Source: Priapulus caudatus (Eukaryota). Taken from it: a stretch of 27,292 bases of DNA. Position 1 is the first letter of the stretch; every line of letters starts with the position of its first letter. A model generated the notes under the pieces. It was given only the letters and a program-made list of their open reading frames with translations, made no database searches and was not told the DNA's origin. Shown piece by piece: positions 20,601-27,292 of this stretch. Both the position numbers and the translations under genes were made by a program. The DNA lies in assembly GCF_000485595.1 (NCBI RefSeq), contig NW_014577074.1, forward strand, positions 1,073,479 to 1,100,770. Direction: 5' to 3'.

Positions 20601-23600
20601 ACTTTGTACCGTTTTCAAAAAAGACTTGCGGTTCTTTCCTCAAAAGATTTGCTCTGAATCTTCATGCTCAGAATGCATAATAGCGCACCATTTTAGTGTC
20701 AATATCCAAGAAGACGAATCCCGAACTATCCCGAAATTATTCGGAGGGCCAGTAACATTGGCAAAACACCGGCCCTCCGAGCCGGTGGTTTGGTTTCAGC
20801 GAGTACCTACATTTCTGCTTATACTTATAGCATGAATGAGCAAATAGCCTACATTACTGTTTTACCTGAAGGATATCACGCCATAATTTATCAACATTTT
20901 ACATATTTGAAATCGAGAACGCAAGCGTGAATCATGACATTGATAAAAACACTTCGAACATCATTCACAATCTGCATTATAGTCTGTTCAACAGCTACTA
21001 TGCGATGCCGCATACTACTAGAATTTTTGTTGCAAAAAAATGTTTCGAATGAATTGTTTGTTGAAGTGAAGCAGTCTTGTCTTTATTTTTGAAAAACAAC
21101 AAAGTTTGTGAGGGCTGGTAAATTATGGTGAGGGCTGGTAAAAAACTGCTGTTACCAGCCAGTCTTCTGGGCCGGTGCAAAAATCGGAATTTTATGCCCT
21201 GCATGTAGCTATTAAAACTATAATGTACATTGATGTCTACCAAACAGACAAAATGAAGTTGTTATTTAATATTTATTTTAATTATATAAAATGCATTACC
21301 TTTCTCCACAAAGCTCTTTACCATTCAATTCATACACAGCATCGTCTGCATCACGATGGTCCTCAAATTCCTGTCAAATGGAATAAAATATTACATAAAC
21401 TACAGGGTTTCTTCTACATAAGAGGCACTGCGGCGCACCGCCGTTGTCAAATTTAACAATGCCGTTGTGAAAATGTTCCTGTATTTACCCGCCGTTGTCA
21501 AAATAGTGTCAATCCACAAATAAATAGATCACCACGTGCTTCTGACTATATACATGGAAAATCTTTGTGAAATTCACAGCAACGTTTCTTTTTGCGTGCC
21601 GGCACACTCCTGTGTCATTCCCGATTGCAGCTTTTTCCTCGATTCCGGGAAAGTTTTGCTGTTGCTCCCTCATACCAGCGGTGCCCACCCCTACATATAC
21701 AGCAATAAGCATGCCCACGCGACTGTAACAATCAGCATTCGCCCCCCCCCATACTTCAATCAATGCTGCCCCAGCCAGCAAGCACGAGCCACGATGTGCA
21801 CAGCCGCAGACGTATGTAACAGGGGTGTCACGGGCTGCGTTTTTTCTTTTGCGTGAATGCGTGAGAATGCGTAGGGCATGCGGGAGTGGGTCCAGATGCG
21901 TGAGTCTCCCGCGAAATGCGTGAGACTTGGTAGGTCTGCTAACAGAGTAAGATTTAAACTAAAATTTGAACTGTCTGAGACATTCAAATTTTTAAAATTT
22001 TGCTGGGGAGACCCCCAGAACCCCCCCCCCCCACAGCGTCTGCCCGCAGAATCCATATTCGTACCTACTGCACGCCTCTGAATCCATCATGCACGTTTTT
22101 TCCCCAAACTGGCCATTACCGCCGTTGTCTAATTTTCCCTCAGAAGAAACCCTGAACTACTTTGGTTTATACAACGTGATGAATAGATAATATTTTGGAC
22201 AGATGGTTCAAGCAACACTATGAACAACTGCATCATTTATATAATTTTAAAATACCACTAATACCACTAGTGTAATGAGACAATTAAATGTTTTGTCTGC
22301 TTTAATTAAATAAAATCCATAAAAATACATCTTCACATTTTCTGGCAGATCATTAGAATGTTATTTTACTTCAAATTTTGTCATTCCTTCCAATGTAAAC
22401 CAAATTCACTCATCTAGCTGATATAATGTAAAATTAGGGAAAAACTGACATTTGAATTTAGGCACCCAACATAAATAAAAGCAAGAGTACATAATAGGAG
22501 AAGAGTATGACACCGTTTTGCATAGTTTTCAACTTGTAAATATTCTATCAATATGTGAATAAATATATTCAAACTTTACCTTGTTTTCGTCTATGATTCT
22601 ACCTTAATCATATGACACCACCAATTTACCTGAAAATCGTCAACACAGTCTCGGCGGACACGGCTTTCTTATGTAAAGGGAGATAATGCTGATTTAAAAT
22701 GACTATTGCGAGATTTTTTCTAAGAAAAACTAAATATACAGGGTTCTCCAAGGGCACTTATAGCATGGCGGCCCGCCAGGCTATCGTCGAGACCCGCCAT
22801 CCTAAAATGCACCCGTCACGCTAAATATCATAGCCGCCATGCTGGTGTATACATGAGAAGTTCAAACAATTAATTAATACACGTTGGTCTCGATGCTACG
22901 GGTACGGCAGTACCCCACACAAGTACAAACACACTTCAAATCCGAGTGTTTTCTAGCTCATCAAGAAATCTTAATCGTGAATTAATTTCCAACGGCATTA
23001 TTACGGGGCAGGTAACCCAGTCTAACTAGTAACACGAGGTAGAGTAGACTGGTACACTTACCGACCACTCAGGACTGTCATTGTCAATGGTGACAAAATT
23101 TTTTTTATTTATTTATGAGAGGTGAACTCGCAAGTTCACACCTACATTTTGGTATTTTTATTCCATTAATTATTTTGAATTTTCCGATGGCTTTGCCCAT
23201 GCAAAACAAACCATTTTCACCCCACATGCAGTGCTTCAAATTTACACACAGAGTGTCCCAGATTGCATCTCAGAGCTTCTACAATTCTAAAATTTTCCGG
23301 GGGGGGGGCATGCCCCCGGACCCCCTAGCACTCAGTACTATCCCCATGCTATAATTTAAAAGCTTGGAGAACCCTGATATAGCTGAATATAGTCTCACCT
23401 GCCAGCGAAAATATCACTGATCACACAAACATTAAAAATACTAAGATTTTATGCAGTTATATCATAGAAAATTGGATATGAACACATTGTAACAGCAATG
23501 CATTTTATCGTGTCGCGACAATGCCTAATGGCAGAATTGGCAAACTTGTATTTGTGTCGGTGATTAATTGAAAACAAGTGCATGATTTGAGAGAGCCATG

Positions 23601-25091
23601 CTTTGTCTATGGCAGATAAGCGGTGGCGCCACAAGCTAATCCACACTTCCGCCTAGTTCAAGATAACAGAAAACGAATGTTTACGAAACTAGTTCGAAAC
23701 CAGTAGTTCGAAACTGGCAGTTTTTGGTGAATACGAAGGTTCTAAGACATTTTATTGTTACTCTAGACAGTTGCTGTTACTCAAGCAATAACGGTAGGTG
23801 TCATGAAAGTGGTGAAAACACTGGAAAATTCTCGCAATAATAGTTTTTGCTTCGGCCACCACCTCTACGAAACTGCCGGGCCTCCTGGCTTTTCCCCCTC
23901 ATATTATGCTGAAATACTACGGTTATCGCAACAGCAGTTTAGACTTGTAAATGAGAGCGCATCCTAATACGCTCCGTTCCTGAACGTAGACGGGGTATCC
24001 AAAACATCCTCCAATCATGATTCGCCACACGAACAAAACCTCGTGACAGTCTAAGAAATCGATTGCAGCATGTAGCGTAGCCCAGTGTTTTTATGACCGC
24101 ATAACAATAAGTTCATATGTCGCAGGGGTTATCGTGGGGAGTGAGGGCACGACCAGTGACACCTGACACGCACATAATCAAAGCTGTTAATTTAATTCGT
24201 CACTTTTCTTTACGTAGAAAGTGGACTATTTTAATTCAATTAATATCTAGAAGCAATGTAAACTGTATATACTTCAAGATTCTAGGCACTTGTAACTTTG
24301 CGGATGTGCGGCAGCATTGATCTATGCATGGGGGTACCCAGGACTGGGGAGGAGAAAAACGAAAGTAAAACCTTTCCCAGAAGCTCCCCCGACATTCTTA
24401 GAGCTTGAAATATTTTATTTTACCAACTCTATGTTACATGTATGCTGTTAATAAATGCCAATGGTTATTTTTATATTCCATTTTGTTACTCACTTGCTAG
24501 TAGTAGTAAATAAGAGGACCACCAACTTTTGTGCAGGACCACCGACTTTCTGAAGTTGGTGGTCCTGCTGTCCACTAGATTTTCAGCCAAAATTCGAACC
24601 CTGCATGCAAATGTGGCTTTGTGTCCAATGTGACAAGTTTGTAGGGCCTAAAGTCATGTACCGTTGTACGTCATGGTAGAAATACCAATGGAAAATTGGG
24701 CTACAACTTTTCATTTTGGGCCAGAAGAAATAAATTTCTGGTGGCCCAACAATTTTTTTGGGGGCCAGCCGAAGCTCTGACAGTGCTATACAACATGAAG
24801 AAAAAATATATACAAAAAAACGTCACCATATTCTGTACAAGATCTATACATATATAAAAACATTTGTAATCCACATTAAGGTAAACAATAATTATTTATA
24901 TGGGCTAATAACATTCGTATATATAACTCTAAATATCGTAATAAACTATTTCTACAGATACTTACAACAAATCCAAAGCCATTCTTAAGCATTATTTCAC
25001 GAATCCGTCCATATCCTTTGAAAAATCGTTCTATGTCACGTTCCCTGGCTTGGTAACTTAATCCGCCTACATAAACTCTCGTTCCAGACAT
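5426..25091 (-). CDS. SRSF4/5/6: Serine/arginine-rich splicing factor, SRSF4/5/6 (B52/SRp55) family; spliced CDS join(25091-24966,21370-21300,11116-10955 or 10702-10589,8991-8919,6468-6395,6143-5961,5642-5426)
   Basis: The exons join in frame with GT-AG boundaries: 906 nt (301 aa) with exon 4a, 858 nt (285 aa) with exon 4b. Protein features: RRM1 (RVYVGGL...[32 protein letters not shown]), the pseudo-RRM hallmark SWQDLKD, and an RS-dipeptide tail. Confidence 0.95.
5643..5960 (-). repeat. Tandem duplication of the exon 7-8 intron (5960-5793 and 5781-5643) separated by 11 nt of exon-like sequence
   Basis: Both copies start GT(A/T)AGCCCTGCCAGCGTGTCA, share AGAAATACGAGCTCGCGTC and GCGAGTTCTAA(A/C)TCTCC(G/A)CATCCCC, and end CCGCAG. 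Confidence 0.9.
5961..6143 (-). CDS. SRSF4/5/6: Coding exon 7 (183 nt): end of RRM2 and start of RS domain
   Basis: [45 protein letters not shown]...; acceptor TTGACAG at 6144; donor CAG|GTAAGC at 5960. Confidence 0.95.
6395..6468 (-). CDS. SRSF4/5/6: Coding exon 6 (74 nt): [24 protein letters not shown](G)
   Basis: Acceptor TTCTGCGTAG at 6469; donor GG|GTGAGT at 6394. Confidence 0.95.
6994..7490 (-). other. Candidate poison exon B in the SWQ|DLKD intron
   Basis: GC-rich island; acceptors CTACAG (7491) and CTAACCACAG (7389); donor GAG|GTAATC (6993); every entry point meets an in-frame stop. Confidence 0.5.
8100..8345 (-). other. Candidate poison exon A in the SWQ|DLKD intron
   Basis: Acceptor TTTTGTTTCAG at 8346; in-frame stop after SLLAAFGN (8321-8319); possible donor GAA|GTGAGC at 8099; GC-richer than its flanks. 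Confidence 0.5.
8919..8991 (-). CDS. SRSF4/5/6: Coding exon 5 (73 nt): [24 protein letters not shown]
   Basis: Poly-T tract plus GCAG acceptor at 8992; donor CAG|GTAGGA at 8918. Confidence 0.95.
9360..9881. mobile_element. Possible TTAA-target (Kolobok-like) non-autonomous element
   Basis: TTAA|AGGGATACT ... AGTATCACT|TTAA; only an 8/9 TIR match. Confidence 0.35.
10589..10702 (-). CDS. SRSF4/5/6: Alternative exon 4b (114 nt): [37 protein letters not shown]
   Basis: Acceptor TTGTTGCTTTCAG at 10703, donor GACAA|GTAAGA at 10588; phase 2-2; open frame; paralogous to 4a (EHARG core, RD end). Confidence 0.85.
10748..10930 (-). promoter_or_regulatory. Predicted intronic RNA stem between exons 4a and 4b
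   Basis: Arms 10930-10884 and 10791-10748 are complementary, including perfect GTGGCAGTCATT/AATGACTGCCAC (12 bp) and AAGCCAAGC/GCTTGGCTT (9 bp). Confidence 0.75.
10955..11116 (-). CDS. SRSF4/5/6: Alternative exon 4a (162 nt): [21 protein letters not shown](G)21[11 protein letters not shown]
   Basis: Acceptor ATACAG at 11117, donor GACAA|GTAAGA at 10954; phase 2-2; encodes RRM1 beta4 plus a Gly linker. Confidence 0.9.
11623..12255. mobile_element. Degenerate hAT-like MITE with TCGCCC/GGGCGA subterminal motifs
   Basis: Imperfect TIR CAGTGATGAAAATTAACACTCGCCC vs reverse-complement CTGTGCGGCGATTATCTAGTCGCCC. Confidence 0.5.
12280..13113. mobile_element. PIF/Harbinger-like MITE with TGA TSD
   Basis: About 40-bp TIR GGCCA(T/C)AAT...TTGTTTGCCCTCACCCGACC; TGA at 12277-12279 and 13114-13116. 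Confidence 0.8.
13130..14021. other. Assembly gap (N run)
   Basis: Run of N characters. Confidence 1.
14022..14113 (+). mobile_element. End of a Helentron/HINE-like non-autonomous element
   Basis: (CGGA)n microsatellite, then hairpin CATCTGAC-TAT-GTCAGATG, then AGCTAAAAA; a second copy lies at 17395-17480. Confidence 0.6.
14308..14392 (+). repeat. Degenerate (TTGATTT/TTGATCG) simple repeat
   Basis: Repeated TTGAT units of 7-8 nt. Confidence 0.6.
14545..14635. mobile_element. Right end of a hAT-like MITE
   Basis: GGACCAGTGCCT direct and inverted motifs ending TTTTTCACCCTG; partner end not seen (possibly in the gap). Confidence 0.45.
14755..14949. repeat. 61-bp tandem repeat containing the perfect palindrome TTCCTTATTCGAATAAGGAA
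   Basis: Palindrome copies start at 14760, 14821, 14882 and 14929; inverted degenerate copies at ~16540-16760. Confidence 0.9.
14959..16218. mobile_element. TIR element inserted in the left arm of the foldback element
   Basis: AGTCACACCAGGGC (14965) vs GCTCTGGTGTGACT (ending 16210); the host repeat resumes at ~16245. Boundaries are approximate. Confidence 0.5.
17395..17480 (+). mobile_element. Second Helentron/HINE-like end
   Basis: (CGGA)-like repeat + ATCATGC...CTGACTACGTCAGATGAGC, homologous to 14022-14113. Confidence 0.55.
19640..20410 (+). pseudogene. Degenerate hAT transposase C-terminal remnant
   Basis: [21 protein letters not shown]...LHISV resembles the hAT dimerisation motif CER.FS.MKRIK..WRNRL...L.IS; then ...RSRRPT and an acidic tail, with AATAAA at ~20430. 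Heavily disrupted. Confidence 0.45.
21300..21370 (-). CDS. SRSF4/5/6: Coding exon 3 (71 nt): [23 protein letters not shown](R)
   Basis: Acceptor TTTGACAG at 21371, donor AAG|GTAATG at 21299; translation is the conserved RRM1 helix 2 segment. Confidence 0.95.
21403..22154. mobile_element. hAT-like MITE with 5-bp TSD
   Basis: Perfect 13-bp TIR CAGGGTTTCTTCT; AACTA at 21398-21402 and 22155-22159; CCGCCGTTGTC subterminal motifs. Confidence 0.85.
22739..23376. mobile_element. hAT-like MITE with 5-bp TSD
   Basis: Perfect 14-bp TIR CAGGGTTCTCCAAG; ATATA at 22734-22738 and 23377-23381; CCGCCA subterminal motifs. Confidence 0.85.
24514..24603. mobile_element. Isolated right end of a hAT-like MITE
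   Basis: GGACCACC motifs in both orientations, ending AAAATTCGAACCCTG. Confidence 0.4.
24966..25091 (-). CDS. SRSF4/5/6: Coding exon 2 (start of RRM1): [42 protein letters not shown]
   Basis: ATG at 25091; donor GTT|GTAAGT at 24965 (phase 0); upstream acceptor TTTGCAG puts the exon start at 25120. Confidence 0.95.
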
Positions 25092-25470
25092 ACCGACTTT
25101 AGAATTACGCTAGGATGTACCTGCAAACACGTAAAAAAGAACTATGAACATAGAATTAACAACATATGAAGTAATAAGCAAATAAATTTAGCGCAACGTA
25201 CCTACCTTGACCACCGCGCAACCACACATTGACACACCGCGTGACATTCCTATTTGGCTTTTGTTCATGCGCCATTACGCCGAAATTTCACATGAGTCAT
25301 GACATGGCAAATTCTTACACTAATTTCAATAGAATTTACGCCAATTCATCTACATATAATTAGACGTATAGCACCTACACATACGTGAATTCAAAGTATG
25401 ATATAGCGACAACATTATATGTAGTTATATACTAAAGAAATCTGCTGAAAAGGATGGAAATCAGACATAC

Positions 25471-25508
25471 CTGACAATTCACGAACAATGGTGGCCTCCC
25501 AAACAAGT
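25471..25508 (-). promoter_or_regulatory. Putative TSS and non-coding exon 1
   Basis: Inr-like TCACTT (A at 25508), YY1-like GCCACCATTGTT just downstream, TGCGCA just upstream, and a strong donor CAG|GTATGT at 25470 that could splice to the acceptor at 25121. Confidence 0.55.
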
Positions 25509-25880
25509 GAGCACAACTGCGCAGACATCAATCACACACATTATTTTATTACGAGTCCAATATAATGAGAATTAGAAAATAATTAAATGCCTTGCGCTTA
25601 ATTTAATTAAACAATTGGCGTATGCAATTGCTGATTGAAAAATATATAATTTTTGCAATATTGGCTATCGTCAGCATTGTCGTTTATTTTTTATTTTTTT
25701 TTATTTAGGCAATTATCCATCATATACAATGCATAGCATACTTTTACAATAAAATTCTGAATTCATAAAATTGGATAACTACCAGTTATATATACACAAA
25801 AAGCATGACTCGCACACGTACTTATTTACATTGTGGTCTTTGTTTTGCTATGCCTTGAATCTAACAATTACACTACTAAC

Positions 25881-25946
25881 CATAGAAATAGATAGATAAC
25901 GTTATAGATAACGTTTATAGATAATGGTTATCTATCTATTTCTATG
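25881..25946. mobile_element. 66-bp palindromic mini-element (CATAG termini, 8-bp TSD)
   Basis: Perfect 20-bp TIR CATAGAAATAGATAGATAAC; flanks CTACTAAC / CTACTATC. Confidence 0.7.
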
Positions 25947-25955
25947 CTACTATCA

Positions 25956-26021
25956 CTGAGAGGGTCTATGTCCCCCCAGGGTACTTCGGGAACGTACCCT
26001 GGGGGACATAGACCCTATGAG
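25956..26021. mobile_element. 66-bp palindromic mini-element
   Basis: AGGGTCTATGTCCCCC(C)AGGGTAC / GTACCCTGGGGGACATAGACCCT arms with a short loop. Confidence 0.65.
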
Positions 26022-26199
26022 CACTACTATCAGCACTAACTATTGAAATATACAAATTTGTAGTTATAACCGGTCATACAATGGTACATTCTCATAAGAC
26101 GATAAAACTTTTCTTATGCCTAATTTCAACCGAATTCTTTTAGCGAAAATCATACTCCTCTGCCTCGAATGTTTCTACCTTTTCCATTAGACATTTCTT

Positions 26200-27170
26200 A
26201 ACACTATATATTAAATTACTATATATTAATATTACACTAATACTTAAAACTAGAATAAACAGAATTTGTCCTAACTTGCTGTGGTAGAGAGTTCCAAGCT
26301 TCAATTGCAGTATAAGTAAACGAGTTTTTCCCACTGCTTCCCACCCTCGGTTTAAAAAATAGACATCTCACCTTCCCTTGTATTGAAACTATGGACTTCT
26401 GACGTTAACATGAAACCTTCTGTCATATAGGCTAATGTGGGCCGAGATTATGTAATATTTTAAAAACCCTATTGAGTCTATTGACCTTCAGTTGCATTAC
26501 CCTGATCTCTACAGGTACCCAATTTACAGCCTTGAACTCTCTAGCACCTATGTGTGCTCTAGTACCTAGGTTGAGAACACATCTAATGGCTTTATTTTGA
26601 CACACTTGCAGCTTAGCCCTTGTGCGCGTTGTTAGACTGCTGTACCATATACTGCTTGCATAGTCAAAATGACATTGAATTCGGGCAAAAACTAGTAATC
26701 GTTTACATGCCGTGTTTAAATACTTAGCTTTTCTGGAAAGAAATTTCAATCTATTGTTAACCTTTTTTACAACCTTAATTCCCGTTACCTCACCACTCAT
26801 GGAGTCTTCCAAGTCTATTCATAGATACTTAACTCTATTTTTATGTGCAATTGCCACGCCATTACATCTGATGTGCAGTTTTGGATTATCCCTGAGTTTG
26901 TGTTTAGTTTAAAAAATAATACTTTCTGTTTTTCCAAGATGCAATTAAGGATAAATTATTATCATAATGACATTGAGCCATTTATTAATGGAATGCAATT
27001 CTCTACTTAACTCTTCCTGTATAGCCTGTACCTCTGTCCATGAAACTACAAAAATTAAGGCCGAATCGTCAGCATATAATAAAAGCTTGAAGTTAACTGC
27101 CTTTGCCATGTCATTAACATAAATCAAAAATAACAGAGGACCCAAAATCGAGCCTTGTGGTACTCTAAAT
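26200..27170 (-). mobile_element. Non-LTR retrotransposon (CR1 group, Crack/L2-like) reverse transcriptase 3' fragment, frameshifted
   Basis: [50 protein letters not shown] and AWNSLP motifs across several frames with stops. Confidence 0.9.
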
Positions 27171-27175
27171 GCAAT

Positions 27176-27292
27176 CAGGGGCGCAAATCCAGGGGGAGAC
27201 AGGGGGACATGTCCCCCCCACAAATTTTCAGAGGGGGAAACATCATATCAAATGTCCCCCCCACGATTTTGGATCACCATGATTTTGTGTGT
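27176..27292. mobile_element. Left end of a MITE, truncated by the window edge, abutting the LINE RT
   Basis: CAGGGGCGCAAATCC terminus with GGGGGACATGTCCCCC palindrome and repeated ATGTCCCCCCCA; RT homology stops here. Confidence 0.6.

Larger units (their letters stand above)
11588..21201 (+). mobile_element. Probable decayed hAT-superfamily element spanning most of intron 3, carrying nested insertions
   Basis: Ends CAAGGCGCGAAATT..GCACCGTCCCA and reverse-complement CAGGGCATAAAATT..GCACCGGCCCA; CATGTA at 11582-11587 and 21202-21207; transposase-like remnant near the right end. Confidence 0.5.

Noticed and set aside
23393..23408. CGCTGGCAG|GTGAGA resembling the SWQ exon end
   Set aside because: No upstream homology to exon 5 and no acceptor; chance match.
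25196..25210. Alternative first-exon donor AAG|GTAGGTACGT
   Set aside because: Plausible donor, but no promoter or acceptor evidence distinguishes it from chance without transcripts.

Overview
This is AT-rich, repeat-dense genomic DNA from an invertebrate animal, with an N gap at 13130-14021. It holds one complete protein-coding gene on the minus strand: the SR splicing factor of the SRSF4/5/6 (B52/SRp55) family (RRM1 - Gly/Arg linker - RRM2 with SWQDLKD - RS tail), spread over ~4.4-25.5 kb. Coding exons read from GT/AG boundaries are 25091-24966, 21370-21300, [11116-10955 or 10702-10589], 8991-8919, 6468-6395, 6143-5961 and 5642-5426, giving 301 aa or 285 aa. The most interesting signal is a multi-layer splicing-control system in this gene. 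(1) A tandemly duplicated, probably mutually exclusive exon pair (4a/4b) is separated by an intron that folds into a long stem; a second pairing could loop out 4b. (2) Two GC-rich candidate poison exons sit in the SWQ|DLKD intron. (3) A tandemly duplicated intron in the RS region leaves an 11-nt micro-exon/alternative acceptor that would truncate or frameshift the RS domain. Introns and flanks are filled with DNA-transposon derivatives: hAT-like elements with 5-6 bp TSDs, Harbinger-like MITEs, a foldback element with 9-bp TSD, and Helentron-like ends. A ~9.6-kb nested stack with a decayed hAT transposase fills intron 3, and a CR1-group LINE fragment lies upstream. Sequence at ~16.2-20.3 kb looks error-rich. 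All splicing and structure claims are manual predictions from DNA only.
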